A stretch of 64,000 nt of DNA from Octopus sinensis (Eukaryota). This document shows positions 1-12,481 of this stretch, in pieces (position 1 is the first letter of the stretch; each line of letters starts with the position of its first letter). The notes beneath the pieces are model-generated. The model searched no databases, was not told where the DNA came from, and saw only the letters and a list, made by a program, of their open reading frames with translations. The stretch lies in contig NC_043004.1 of assembly GCF_006345805.1 (NCBI RefSeq), positions 105,400,001 through 105,464,000 on the forward strand. The letters are read 5' to 3'. Position numbers and translations under genes: made by a program.

Positions 1-1039
1 ATATTGGGAAATGAAGTTTTGACAATCATTGGTTGTGATCCGAGATATATTTGTGTGGTTGTATGACATAGTAGCATCTTCTTAGATTCTATTCTACGGT
101 AGTTTGTATTTCCTGGGTAATTATTCTCATCTCTTGTCTTTCTATCTTCAACATTACATTTGCATATGTACATTCTCTGGTCATCTTCAGGAATGCTATT
201 TCTATATTTCTACATGTCTGTCTGTCTGTTTATCTGTCTCCCTCTCTCTTTCTCTCTCCACACATACACACACACACAAAGTAAAAAGTAAAGGAGTCAA
301 AAGGAAGAGACACGAGGAATATCTAAGACTAGAATTGGTAGCATACCATAATACTACCGGCTATTTAAGAATTCTAAGAGTGAATGAGCTCTATTTGTAC
401 TCTAATACGGGTTTAACAAAAAACAACTCAACTGTACACACACACACACACATATACATACATACAAGGTTGCAATGTGTGTATATATATTATATGTATT
501 AAATAATCGATCGGGATTTTTATTTTTCATGTCCTGAACTAAGCAAACTCTGGTGGCCGCCGTCCTTTCGGTCAAAAGAGTAACTTTGTAAGTTCTTTAA
601 CAGAAACTCTTTCACATAACACTCAAATTATTGTGTTTGCTTTCAACATATATTTAGCAACCCTACCAAAGGAAAGGGACCATTTCAGAACAACGGTCCT
701 CAAAACAAAACAAGGAACATGTAGGAATACGACCATATGTGAGGAGGTTGGAGACATAGGTTTCCTTTGTAAGCCAGATGGTCGCATCCCTAACAAAATA
801 AGATGAGCCATAATACAACTTATACAACAGTGCCAACAGAATATAAATGAATGACGACAAGCCGTTCCACTGTTTGAGAGGAAATAAGATTTTATTTACA
901 AGGTGTTAAGGTTAGAGGGTTGTGAGTGCTAGCCAGTGTTGTGTATGTGTGCAAGCAACAAGTGTTTGTGTATGTGTGTGTTATAAGAGTGAACATAGAG
1001 AACAAATAGAAATGTCCAGACACCAAATAGAGATAAATA

Positions 1040-1272
1040 CCTATTTCTTTACTACCCACAAGGGGCTAAACACAGAGGGGTCAAACAAGGACAGACAAAC
1101 GGATTAAGTCGATTACATCGACCCCAGTGCGTAACTGATACTTTATTTATCGACCCCCAAAGGATGAAAGGCAAAGTCGACCTCAGCGGAATTTGAACTC
1201 AGAACGTAAAGACAGACAAAATACTGCTAAGCATTTCACCTGGCGTGCTAACGATTCTGCCAGTTCGCCGAT
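1040..1272 (-). mobile_element. tRNA-headed SINE, family B (near full-length copy)
   Basis: Reverse complement reads ggcgaactggcagaatcgttagc...gttctgagttcaaattcc (B-box-like)...cctttcatcctttggggtcgataaa...ccccttgtgggtagtaaagaaataggt; homologous to the copy at 8945-9180. Confidence 0.85.
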
Positions 1273-1735
1273 AAATACCAGCTCGTAAGGTACACAATAG
1301 CAGTTCGTTTTGTGTCAATGAAGTTGGGGCAAAGAGGAGAGCAGTTACTAGGTGTGTAGAAGTTGGGGCTTCCATCCATTTGCCAGGTTACATCGGTACA
1401 GAAGATCTCGCCGGTAGAGTTGTGCTGTTAACCTTGGTGTGTCTACACGAACAGCGTGTAAGCTAAACTTAAGCGAGTTGCTGTGTACATATCATTGAGG
1501 TCGATGGTGGTGAAGGCGACGGTAGAGAACGGCGACGGTGGTGGAGACGTCCTGTGTTGCTGGTGTATGTTGGCGTCGTCGCTGGCTGTAGCAGGAACAT
1601 GGCTGGTGTGGTCGTCGCTGGAACTGGTTGCACTGTGGTGGTGTAGTCAATGGCTGAAGACCAAAGACCTGGAATGGTAAATTCTGAGGCCTTTTAAAGC
1701 ATTCTAGAGGTTCCCGAAGAACATCCAAAAGACTG
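1262..1735. other. GC/CpG-richer unique segment; possible 5' exon or UTR of a minus-strand gene, or an LTR-like relic
   Basis: Many CpGs (ggcgacggtggtggagacgtcc, gcgtcgtcgc) against an AT-rich background, next to the promoter-like motif cluster; no recognisable protein. Confidence 0.3.
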
Positions 1736-1736
1736 T

Positions 1737-1830
1737 GTCATGTGACCTTATCCTAAGGCCGTGATTAGTTGGCTTTGGACAGTAGCGCGAAATAAAGTAG
1801 AGATAAACCACGCTACATGTCAACCAATCA
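1737..1830. promoter_or_regulatory. Candidate Pol II promoter motif cluster
   Basis: GTCATGTGAC (E/M-box-like) at 1737-1746, GCGCGAAA (E2F consensus, reverse) at 1785-1792 and CCAATCA at 1824-1830, all in non-repeat sequence. Short motifs only. Confidence 0.35.
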
Positions 1831-2380
1831 GATCAGCTGACACAACAGGAACAACACAGCCAAAGATGACCATAATCTCAAACGAGATCATTCCTGTTGT
1901 GTCTCTCGCTACAAACAAATTAAACAATTTTTTTTATTTTTAATGATTTTACCCCTCATTATCCCTCATGTTTCCACTCAAATCGTTCCATATTTTTCTA
2001 CCAATTTGTATTCTGAATTTTTTATGGTATTTAACATGTAGTTACAATAAATTTTTATAATTAAAATCAATTTTGACGCCTTTCTGACTCAATTGTTTGG
2101 GGGTTGAAGGTAAGGCTACATAAAGCTTCTTTCTAATCGCTGAAAATATGCGCACCTATGTTAAAAGTGCAAGCGAGTTTGCATGGCAACTTTGAGTTTA
2201 CTCAATTGAAAGGCATTGCCTCTAGGGCAAAATTACTCATCTTTCAATAGTCTTGACTCTGTCCGTTATATATATATATATATAAAATTTTAAATGAGGG
2301 TGAAAAATTGAATATTAATTTGATTAATATCAATTTAAAACCAGTGGTCTAGCATGTTTAATCTTCAGATTTATATATAT

Positions 2381-2415
<35 letters not shown>

Positions 2416-2643
2416 AATATGTATCAATGTAATATAGAAACTTTTAGAAATTTGTTTTCATATATACTGCAAATGATTCATAGAGTTTTAGATAAGATAC
2501 TTTATTCTGTGCACCTCTGTTACTTTACATCAATTTTGGGAATAATACTTGTGATTGTCTTGCATCCTTCCTTGGATGACAGATTTGTCTCACAATTACT
2601 GAATGCTTACAAAAACTGAAATGAAAATTTGTCTTTTTATAAG

Positions 2644-2682
2644 TTATTGAAAGATGGAGAAGCATTAACCCTGACCAGAATG
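2644..2682 (+). CDS. Weak candidate internal exon (39 nt, phase 1/1): (V)IERWRSINPDQN
   Basis: gtctttttataag| acceptor and aatg|gtgata donor; frame-compatible with the 6412 microexon. The donor is weak. Confidence 0.2.
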
Positions 2683-3924
2683 GTGATATCATTGGTTTGG
2701 CCTTTGTTTAACCTGAACACATTTGGTTGGCATTTTCCATCATTATTTGATGATATTGCAGACACAGGAACTAAACCACCACTACTGTGCCTGGGCTGTT
2801 TCCAGAAGCAAGTGCCTGGCCCATGTACACTTACCCACTCGCCACTCACAGATATGCCACAAAGAAAAGACAAGTCAGTACATTCATTGTATCTATGGAG
2901 CCACAAAGGGATACCAGACATTGGTTAAATCCCTCTCTCTGAATATTTTATAGGGGTTTGATTCTTTAGCCTTTTTTTAAATGCTCAATGAATTACCCCA
3001 CAAGGAAGCAGAGGTTTATTATTATATCAGGTATGGTTTGCACAGAGCCAGTCCCACTCTCTTGTCCTCCAAACTTGTGTTGGTCTGATGCGACAAGTGC
3101 CCAGAGCCCAGTAGTTATCAGGATGCAGGATTTGTATGGAGTTACCTTCTCTTAGATGGAGCAGCTAAAGAGCTGAAGGGCCTCATTTGCTTTACATCTG
3201 TTGGAGTGTTTGTGAGTGACCTTGTTCTAGATGCAATTCTGTGACCTGCTAGTTAACCCATAGTTAACCCTCTGACAGGTGTTACTACTCTGTGTCAGAG
3301 TGGGCTTGGGGGACAATAGTAGTTAAGAGATTGTTACACACTCCTCAAAATCCTGAAACTCCCAAACCAGGGCCCCACTACCGGATGCAGTTTAACATCA
3401 TACCCAGGACTTCAACATCTTTACGTAGAAGATTGAAGTTGGAAAAACAGGTGGGTGGGTCTTTTAGAGTTTTACTGGGGAGGGAGAATTGAAAAATGTT
3501 TAGTGCTGAATCTGGTAGATGAACCACAGTAAGGGAGCGGTCAGCAGGGAAGAGGGTGAGTAGAGTGGACCCTAGTGGAGAAGGTATGCAGTTAGATTGT
3601 TCAGAGGTTACAAAAGTAATTATAGAATTGAAAGTAAAGAACCGGGACATTAATGAACAAGTGATGGAATCCTGATGAGTAAATGTTTGTCAATCAAAAG
3701 AAAAACCTTCTCTTGGTTGCAAGCAAGGATATTGTTGTATTGCTCCAGGCACATAATCGATCAACTGATCAACTAAGTATGACACAGATCTGTGGTATCA
3801 ACCATACCTCTGCCTGGCTTAGAACCATATTGCACACTTTGATATGCCGTGTAGTCTGATTATGTTGTATACTCTCTACTGTCCAGTCTATTCTTTTCTA
3901 CTCTAGGCACCGGGCCTGAAATTT

Positions 3925-4105
3925 TGGTGGAGGGGGCCATTCGATTAGATCACCTTCAGTACACAACTGGTACTTAATTATTCGACCCCGAAAGGATGAA
4001 AGGCAAAGTTGAGCTTGGTGGAATTTGAACTCAGAATGTTAAGACAGATGACATACTGTTAAGCAAGTCGCCCGGCATACTAACGTTTCTGCCTGCTCAC
4101 CGCCT
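3925..4105 (-). mobile_element. SINE family B, diverged
   Basis: cgaccccgaaaggatgaaaggcaaagttgagc...ggaatttgaactcagaatg matches the family B consensus. Confidence 0.8.
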
Positions 4106-5134
4106 TCTACTGTACAGTCTATTGAATGTCTAACAGCATTGTCTTGGTGATGTGAGCAGCATTGTACAAAGTATTGACTCAGTAGATGGAGCTGACCAGG
4201 CCAAAGTGATATTCTGTCTGGTATCAAGTAACCTAATTTGTTACCTAGGTAATTGTCAGTTGATGGGTGGCTTGCAGAGCATCTCAGGTGTGACCAATTC
4301 AGTAGTTGTCACTTAATACCTTAATTAATCATTAACCTGAATGAAATAATTTAATTATAGATGACAAATTTTAGTAATGGACCTAATATGATGCAATGTG
4401 GAGGTGCCCTTTTTTGCTTTTTTTCTGTTCAGTCCATTGTCAAATTGACATGGTTTCACTTTAAACCAGGTGTTGTGTTTTTTTATCATGGAAGCAAATG
4501 TGAAGTTACCATAGCCACAGTAAAGACTTTGTCAATCAATCAGTCCCCATTTCATCACAGTTTATCCTTCCTTCATCTCAGGGTTGGGCTGGGCTGTGAG
4601 TTCGAATTTCTTATCAGTTGTTTTCTGTCAGCTGCAGTTGGATGACTGTTTAACTCTTCTCAGGTTTGTCAGTCTAGCTTCAAAAAAAAAAAAAAAAAAG
4701 AAAAAAAGAAAGAAAAGAAAAGGAAAGAGGTGTTCAATGGACAGTTGTTTCATTTTGGAATGAATCTCCTCTGTCATTCCCTCTTCTTCCTCCTCTCTTC
4801 ATACTGTATCCTCTCCCCATCCTTCTTCCTCCACCACCTCTTCATCCAAACATTAACACAAAGAGAATGAAACATAATAGTGTCTGATGTCAAATAAGTC
4901 AGCATTGAATCAGTGATGCCAAATAAGCAGGGCCAAATAAGCAGCGCCAAAATGTTTCGTATCTCTTCAGTTATACTGCTTTATCATTCTGAATTTAAAT
5001 TCTACTAATGTCAACTCTACTGTTAATCTTTCTGGTATTGCTAAAATAACCACTAGTTAAATATTGGTGTCTCTCAAAGCAACGGTCCCCTTCCACCAGA
5101 ATTAGTGTCCTTGTCCCTAAGTTAGTTATAGGTG

Positions 5135-5412
5135 CAGGAGTGGCTGTGTGGTAAGTAGCTTGCTTACCAACCACATGGTTCCGGGTTTAGTCCCACTACG
5201 TAGCACCTTGGGCAAGTGTTTTCTACTACAGCCTCGGGCCAACGAAAGCCTTGAGTGCATTTGGTAGATGGAAACTGAAAGAAGCCTGTTGTATATATGT
5301 ATGTGTGTGTATATGTTTGTGTGTCTGTGTTTGTCTCCCCAACATCGCTTGATAACCGATGCTGGTGTGTTTACGTCCCCATAACTTAGCAGTTCAGCAA
5401 AAGAGACTGATA
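5135..5412 (+). mobile_element. tRNA-headed SINE family A, 3'-truncated
   Basis: A-box-like tggctgtgtgg and B-box-like gggtttagtccc, then gcaccttgggcaagtg...ggaaactgaaagaagcc, internal (TG)n and cgcttgataaccgatgctgg. Confidence 0.85.
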
Positions 5413-5469
5413 GGCTGGGATAATCATTACTGTGCCAGACAAGATGTTCAGCAGCATTTCTTCTGGCTC

Positions 5470-5690
5470 TTTTACTCTTTTACTGTTTTACTTCTTTTAG
5501 TCATTTGACTGCAGCCATGCTGGAGCACTGCCTTTAGTTGTACAAATCGACCCCAGGACTTTATTCTTTGTAAGCCAAGTACTTATTCTATCAGTCTGTT
5601 TTGCTGAACTGCTAAGTTACAGGGATGTAAACACACCAGCATTGGTTGTCAAGTAATGTTGGTTGGGTCAAACACAGACAAACAAGCACA
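5470..5690 (-). mobile_element. SINE family A, 3' half
   Basis: tttagtcatttgactgcagccatgctggagcactgcc...gacccccaggactt is the reverse complement of the family A 3' end. Confidence 0.8.
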
Positions 5691-6411
5691 CACACACATA
5701 TATATACATATACATATATGCGATTCTTTTTATTCTGAGTTCAAATGCTGCCAAAGTCGACTTTACTCTTCCTCTCTTTGGGGGATCAATAAAATAAGTA
5801 CCAGTTAAGCACTGGTGTCAATGTTATCGGCTGACTCCCTCCTTTAAAAATTGCTAACCATGTGTTAAAATTCAAAACAATTACTATTATTACAAAAATC
5901 ATTATCTGTTATAAATTATTATTCTTAGAAAATTAGAAACCATTATAATTATTACGATCACCCCCTTTCTCCTCCCTCATCATCATCATCCTCATCCTCA
6001 TCCTCATCATCAACAACACTATCATCATCAACATCATTAATTAACGTTTTGTTATGGTGTTAACATATGCCTGTATACATAGTTCAATGAAGTGAAAGAG
6101 GTTATAAAGAATGAATAAAATCAGTTTTCTGTTTTAAGATATTGTTTGCTAAGAGGTAGCAGAAACGGTATTTGCATTAAAATTCTTGCTAAAAACTTAA
6201 GCTTTTAAGAATTTGATAAGAGTATTAATTTTAGGAAGAATCCATACAAGTACAATTGTTTTTAAAATTGAAATTACATTAATATCTCTGAGAAAGAAGC
6301 TGATATAGAGAGAAGAATAATAAAACTAAAATATAACAAACGATGTTTTAAGATATCAGATAATTATGATTTAAATGACATACTTTAACAAATATATTTC
6401 TCTTTATACAG

Positions 6412-6420
6412 AAATGCAAG
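6412..6420 (+). CDS. Candidate 9-nt microexon (AAATGCAAG)
   Basis: tactttaac...atttctctttatacag|AAATGCAAG|gtaatg: pyrimidine tract, CAG acceptor, AAG|GTAATG donor, length divisible by 3, in unique AT-rich sequence. Confidence 0.45.
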
Positions 6421-6575
6421 GTAATGGAATTTTCTTTGTTTATTTTTATTTAATTTTTTTTTGTTATTGTTATTTTGCCTAAGGTCAACTCTGATTGAGT
6501 TGACCTGTGTTCAAAGGCCCTCTAGTGGTGACCATCCCTTCTTTTTCCTAGGCACAGCTTACTTAGAATCACCAC

Positions 6576-6860
6576 ACCACCACCACCACCACCACCACCA
6601 CTACCATCGTTGTCATCCTCGTTGTCATCATCATTATCATCATTGTCATTGTTATCATCATTGTCGTTGTTGTTGTCGTCGTCATCATCATTGTTGTTGT
6701 CATCGTCGTCGTCGTCCTCCTCCTCCTCCACTATCTCCCCCTTGCCCCTCCTCCTCCTCTTCTTTGCCCCTCTCCCCATTCCCCCTCCCCTTCCCTTCCC
6801 CCCTCCTATCTTTGCCCACTCCCCTCCTCTCCCCCTCCTCATCAACAGCAACAGCAGCAG
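6576..6860. repeat. Compound trinucleotide and pyrimidine-rich low-complexity tract (CAC/CAT/TGT/CGT/CCT)
   Basis: Seen directly; it produces the spurious poly-His, poly-Asp and poly-Ser ORFs. Confidence 0.95.
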
Positions 6861-7940
6861 CATCTGCAGCAATGTCTGTTATTCCATGCTGGCATAGGTT
6901 GGACAGTTTACAGGAACTGGTGAGCCAGAAGACTGCACCAAACTCCAGTGACTGCTTTGACATAGTTTTTACAGCTGGATGCCCTTCCTAGCACTAACCA
7001 CTTTACAGATGTATTGGGTGCTTTTTACATGGCACCAGCACTAGAGAGGTCACAGAGTAACCTGCAAGAAAAAATCCTCTCAACTGAGTGGGATGTAGTA
7101 TTGAGAGAGGAGGTTTTATACCAGGGATAAGAAGCTAAATTTGATAGAGGGATGGGGACAGGTGTCTTGTTGTAGGGGAGCTACATGGTTACCCCAGTTG
7201 GAAAAGGAAGATGTGATGGGGCGTACCCTCAAGTTATCAGAAGGTGAATATAAGAAAAGTGGCAGAGGTGGAATCTCATTGTCTAATGTGTTCTTCTTTC
7301 CTGAGATTATAGGATGTGACTGAAGGGAGATTTGGTTGCTATTCTTAGAAGGCTAAGCAACCATGTAGAGGCTGTATCATTGACTCAACATTGTTAGTGG
7401 TACTTGGTGTGGTGGCCATAGTAGCCTGTGTTGTGATACATTGCTCATATTTCTAGTTAACAGTTCATGATTTAAGGCAGATTTAGCTCCTGTTTTTCAC
7501 AGGAAGGATATGATTTAAATGAAATTAAGTTGCTGTTTCCAGCAGGTTATATACTGCTTAGAGTTCCTCCTATTTTGTCATATTTTTGTGTTGCTGCTAC
7601 TGTTTAACACCAGGTTGGCCCAATCTGAAGGTATTTTCAACCATAACCATCCTGTCCTTTCTTCAAACATAGTGTATCAAATTATATGATATTTTCAAGA
7701 TAGGTGGAATTCAAAGGAGATTTGTCTACTACTTATGGTAGCTCCTGTGACCACATAAAAACTACCTTGTTGGTTCATGTTTTTATGTATTCCAATTATG
7801 ATAAAACTGTGAAATACAGTATTTTATTAAGTTTTATTTCAATGAAAATTATTGCTGAATTAACTGCGAGAAAAAATTATTAGATCTTGAATTTCATACA
7901 GGAGTTTTATCTTGATTTATTATTAATTTTCTTTCTGCAG

Positions 7941-7969
7941 TAGAAAACATAAAACTGCAAAACTTTAAT
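7941..7969 (+). CDS. Candidate internal exon, (V)ENIKLQNFN; alternative donor after 7973
   Basis: ttttctttctgcag| acceptor; donors aat|gtcagt or tca|gtaaaa; in frame with the 6412 microexon (MQ-V-ENIK...). Confidence 0.45.
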
Positions 7970-8427
7970 GTCAGTAAAAGAGACAGAAGTTAAGAAGCAC
8001 TTTAAATGAAACACACACACACACACACGCACACACACATGAACATGTACACACTCATACACTTGCACACATATATATTCATACACACATAGCCCCTACT
8101 CATTACTGGTCCTTCTACCCCAATCCTTTTTACCCAGCTCATACCCTGAATGCCCTTCAGACACCTCATAATCATTATTTTTACTGCTTTCTAAGTCTAC
8201 TCAATCATTCCTGCCCACTCTTCTAAACTGTGAGTCATCATGTGGCTCTTTTACTGCAAGAAACCTATTCTACTCTGGCCCCTTACTTTTACCTCCTCAT
8301 ATCCAAACCTAAAGTTACTGCCTCGGGGTTCATAGTCTTGCAAGCAGCATGTCAGCTTCACTAGTACTGGTGGCATGAAAAAAAGTAATCAACACATGCT
8401 GTAGAGTGGTTGTGGAGTGCTGTGGAG

Positions 8428-8545
8428 GCATGTGGCTTAGTGGTTAGAGTGTTGGACTCGTGATTGTTAGACTGTGGTTTCAATTCCTGGACCAGGTGAC
8501 GCGTTGTGTTCTTGAGCAAAACACTTCATTTCATGTTACTCTAGG
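8428..8545 (+). mobile_element. tRNA-headed SINE family C (head region)
   Basis: tggcttagtggttagagtgttggactc...ggttttcaattcctgg...gttcttgagcaaaacacttcatttca; homologous to 37895-38215. Confidence 0.75.
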
Positions 8546-8944
8546 TGGGAAATATATACACCATGAAACTGGCCCTTATTAGTCAGCATGATTCGATAAG
8601 GTAGCTTTTATTTAGGAAGAGTAGTTGGAATTAAGAAGGGCATCAAGCCATAGAAACTGTGTGGAAGCAGATACTGGAGCTCAATGCAGTCCTTGGTACC
8701 ATTGGATTCTATCAAACCACTCAGCCCATATCAGCATGAAGTATGGACACTAAATAATAAACATGGCTGTGTAGTTGAAAAGCTTGGCTCCCAATCATCT
8801 GGTTTCAAGTTCACTTCCACAATGTGGCATCTTGGATGAGTGTCCTCCACTATAGCCCTGGGCTGACCAAAACCTTGTGAGTGAATTTGGTAGACAGAAA
8901 CTGAAGTCCATTAATGTTAAAAAAAAAAATAAAGGAAAAGTCAA

Positions 8945-9180
8945 AGTGGCAAGCTGGCAGAATTGTTAGCATGCTGGTCAAAATGCTTAGCAGTATTTCG
9001 TCTGCCGTTACGTTCTGAGTTCAAATTCTGCCGAAGTCAACTTGGCCTTTCATCCTTTCGGGGTCGATAAGTTAAGTACTAGTTATGCACTGGGGTCGAT
9101 GTAATCCACTTAATCTTTTTGTCTGTCCTTGTTTGCCCCCTCTGTGTGTAGCCCCTTGTGGGCAGTAAAGAAATAAGATA
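8945..9180 (+). mobile_element. SINE family B, full-length
   Basis: gctggcagaattgttagc...ttctgagttcaaattctgcc...gccccttgtgggcagtaaagaaataagat. Confidence 0.85.
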
Positions 9181-9189
9181 CTGAAGTCC

Positions 9190-9492
9190 ATCATGTGTGT
9201 GTGTGTGAGTGTGTGCCTGTGCACGTGTGTGTGTGCATGTGTGTGTGTGTCTTGTCTTGACATCACACAATAGTTGCAAATGAGTGTCACTGTTACATAA
9301 ATAATGTTCTATGTTTCCAGTCTTCCATGAAAACATGTCTGACCACGAGGAAATATTACCTTATTTGGAAACAGGTGGAGGGTTGCTGACAAGATGGGCA
9401 TCTGGCCATAGAAAATCTGCCTCAGCAAATTCCATTCAACCTATACAAACATGGAAAAGTGACCATTAAAATAATGACAGTGATGATGATGT
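9190..9492 (+). mobile_element. Non-autonomous retroelement family E with RTE-like 3' module and (GAT)n tail
   Basis: ...ggaaacaggtggagggttgctgacaagatgggcatctggccatagaaaatctgcc...aacatggaaaagtgaccattaaaataatgacagtgatgatgatg; related copies at ~14850-15068 (+), ~21105-21350 (-) and ~62228-62460 (-). Confidence 0.7.
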
Positions 9493-9497
9493 TGTGC

Positions 9498-9538
<41 letters not shown>

Positions 9539-9546
9539 CATATTTA

Positions 9547-10416
9547 CAGAGTGCAGTGAATAAACTGTCGTCTAAATCAAGCAAAAACGAAAATAACACT
9601 GACATCTCATTTTAACAGAAATATTTACCAAAATTACATTAAAATATTTTGAAATACTAAAGAGTAAATTTATTCAATAAAATCGCCATTGGCTTCAGCC
9701 ACGGCCTCCAGACGACCTTGGAATCTCCTGCAACTCTTCTGGACAGTCTCCTTGTTTAAGTTGGTGAATGCTGCCATAATCTTTGCCTTCAGTTCATCTT
9801 TGGTGTTACAAGTTTTGTTGGTGTCTCGCTCAACTGCCCTCCCCATAATAATCAAGTGGGTTGCAGTGTGGGAAGTTAGATGGCCAGATGTTAGAGGCGA
9901 TGTGGTTGCAGAAGTTGTCGGACAGCCATGACTAGGTTTTCCTGCTTTTGTGGCATGGTGCAGAGTCTTGTTACCAAACACAGGGTCTTCCAGCAACCAC
10001 CCTCTTGACACAAGGCAGCACAACCTCCTCCAGGCACTTGATGTAGGCTTCCATGTTAAGTCTGAGGCCATCTGGGAAGATGAATGGAGGCTTAACGTCA
10101 CCATCACTAGTGGTCACTCCAAACATTATGATGTTGACTGAATGTTTGATTTTTATCATTCTTGGTACATGTCCTCAGATTGCACTGTCCTCAAAACACT
10201 TTGAAATGTTCATAATGGAGCTTCTAGAATGAATGCCAAGCAGTATAGCTTGTTTCCAAATTTTAGGCAGAGTGAATTGCATCATGGTATTGTTTCTCTC
10301 ACAGATGGTGCCCAACTAACCCTACTATACTGTGTAGTCAACAAAATTAAAAACAAACAATGCTCATGCACAAAATTAAAAATATAAAATGGGAACAATT
10401 GACCCATTGCACACTG
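9547..10416 (-). mobile_element. Tc1/mariner superfamily maT (DD37D)-like transposon, internally deleted and frameshifted
   Basis: Minus-strand pieces IMFGVTTSDGDVKPPFIFPDGLRLNMEAYIKCLEEVVLP..., ...WPSNFPHCNPLDYY... and ...ERDTNKTCNTKDELKAKIMAAFTNLNKETVQKSCRRFQGRLEAVAEANGDFIE*; imperfect TIRs cagagtgcagtg / cattgcacactg. Confidence 0.85.
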
Positions 10417-10506
10417 TGTATATATATATATTTATGAAAAAAACGAAGACAGGTGGTGTACAAAACAAACAGATGTATTAGTATAACTCACAGGAATAGA
10501 AAAAGT

Positions 10507-10542
10507 CTTTTACGTTTTGAGCCTACGCTCTTCTACCGAAAG
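10507..10542 (-). ncRNA. Decayed minimal type-I hammerhead motif in a Penelope-like repeat
   Basis: Reverse complement: cttt CGGTAGA AGAG CGTAGG CTC AAAAC GTA aaag. Stem I cttt/aaag and stem II gag/ctc are retained; the core is mutated relative to CUGANGA/GAAA. Confidence 0.5.
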
Positions 10543-10717
10543 GGATACAGAAAAAACAAGGAAAGAAAAAAATGTGTGTAGTGGCTAACGATATATATAT
10601 ATATTTTTTTTTTTCCGACCAGGCTATCAGATGCTGCTATACATCGCTGGTCACAATGCGCTTCGCATTGTTTTAGCCTTCAAATGACGCCATCCCGCTG
10701 GCTAAGCGGGCAGGCCA

Positions 10718-10769
<52 letters not shown>

Positions 10770-10870
10770 ATATATATACATATCATCATCAACATCATCA
10801 ATAGTTAATGGTCTGTTTTCTATGCTGGCATGGGTTGGTCAGTATGTATGTATGTATATAGGAATATATA

Positions 10871-11195
10871 TAGTGCTGAGCCAAACATTTTGCAATCTTT
10901 TGGTAACTTATTTTTTCCAAGCACCTTCAGATTATCAGTTGTTTATATCCATGGCTCACTTTCCGTGCTCACGATGCTTCATCAACTAAGAGAAGGTGGA
11001 ATCTCCAGTGAAGGAGTTCTTAACTTTGAAGGACAAGAATTGATATCAGCATGGGATCAAAGAACTCACAGAAAGGTGGCTTCAGATGGTGCAATAGAAT
11101 GGCCTCTACTTTGAATGCTTGGTTACTTTTAATGTAACTTGATATATGATGCAAATATGTTACTAAAATATTGCAAAACTTTTGATTCAGCACAA
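10871..11195 (+). mobile_element. 325-bp internally deleted mariner element (MITE-like) with 37-bp TIRs and TA TSD
   Basis: TIRs match at 30/37 (tagtgctgagccaaacattttgcaatc... versus the reverse complement of ...ttgcaaaacttttgattcagcacaa). The interior translates, with stops, as APSDYQLFISMAHF...KVESPVKEFLTLKDKN*YQHGIKELTERWLQMVQ*NGLYFE, a mariner transposase C-terminus. Confidence 0.85.
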
Positions 11196-11212
11196 TATAT
11201 GATATATATCAA

Positions 11213-11420
11213 CGCATACATACATACATACATACATACATACATGCATGCATGCATGCATACATACATACATACATACATACATACATACATACATACA
11301 TACATGCATGCATGCATACATACATGCGTGCATACATACATGCATACATACATTCGTGCATACATACATGCGTGCATACATACATACATACATACATACA
11401 TACATACATACATACATCCA
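11213..11420. repeat. (ATAC)n/(ATGC)n microsatellite
   Basis: Seen directly. Confidence 0.95.
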
Positions 11421-11446
11421 TACTTATACATGCATACTTATACATA

Positions 11447-11832
11447 GTAGGAGTGGCTGTGTGGTAAGTAGCTTACTTACCAGCAACATAATTCTGGGTT
11501 CAGTCTCACAGCATGGCACCTTGGGCAAGTGTCTTTTACTATAGCCTCAGGCTGACCAAAGCCTTGTGAGTGGATTTGGGAGACAGAAACTGAAAGAAGC
11601 CTGTCATATATATATATGTGTGTGTGTGTATGTGTGTGCGTGTGTTTCTCCCCGCAATATCGCTTGACAACTGATGCTGGTGTGTTTACATCCCTGTAAC
11701 TTAACAGTTCGGCAAAAGAGATTGATAGAATAAGTACTAGGCTAAAAAAGAATAAGTCCTGGGGTTGATTTGTTCGACTAAAGGCGGTGCTCCAGCATGG
11801 CCACAGTCAAATGACTGAAACAAGTAAAAGAA
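11447..11832 (+). mobile_element. SINE family A, full-length
   Basis: ggagtggctgtgtggtaag...gggttcagtctc...internal (TG)n...aggcggtgctccagcatggccacagtcaaatgactgaaacaagtaaaagaagaaag. Confidence 0.9.
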
Positions 11833-11889
11833 GAAAGAAAGAAAGAATACATATATTTCATATTATATTATCATATAATATAATAAAAA

Positions 11890-12322
11890 CATGTGTACAG
11901 TGTTCAGGTGCACTACAACTCATCTAAAGTGTATATATAATCAGGTGTAGTTTCGGCGGATTTCGGAAAGCATGAGGGCCTTAAAGGATGCAGTGTCATG
12001 GCAGTCAACAACTGACGCAGGCAGTTTGTTCCATGCTTCAGCAACTCTGAGCGTGAAAAAATGTTTCCGAAAGTCATGGGAGCTGTGTTGTTTTCTGACT
12101 TTGTAGGCATGTCCACGTGTGTTGGACACATGGAGATCAAAAAGGTATTCAGTGTTGTTGTTGGTGAGGTGGTTGATAACTTTGTGGGTGTTTACCAAGT
12201 CCATCGCCAGACGCCGGAGCTTCAGTGAATTAATGCCCAGGGAAACAAGGCGCTCAGAGTATGGTAGGTGTCTGATGGAGGGTATGCGTTTGGTTGCACG
12301 TCTCTGAACAGATTCCAGGAGG
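11890..12322 (-). mobile_element. CR1-clade LINE, 5'-truncated 3' end
   Basis: Translates ...LESVQRRATKRIPSIRHLPYSERLVSLGINSLKLRRLAMDLVNTHKVINHLTNNNTEYLFDLHVSNTRGHAYKVRKQHSSHDFRKHFFTLRVAEAWNKLPASVV...; short 3' UTR with an agtgcacctgaacact hairpin-like motif; near-identical to 21425-22240. Confidence 0.9.
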
Positions 12323-12435
12323 TCAATTATAGTATATTATATATATTATATATATATACACATGCACACACACACATATATATGTATACATAAATGCTTA
12401 TATACATGTGTATGTGTGTGTGTGTGTGTGTGTAT

Positions 12436-12481
<46 letters not shown>

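Noticed and set aside
90-195. Minus-strand attc-CTGAAGA...GAAAT...GTA-gaat
   Set aside because: Stem I and the GUA triplet fit, but stems II and III do not pair convincingly; it is at best a very old relic.
4955-4980. Minus-strand CTGAAGA-GATAC-GAAAC
   Set aside because: There is no NUH triplet or stem I in register; it lies in a gccaaataagcag subrepeat and is likely chance.
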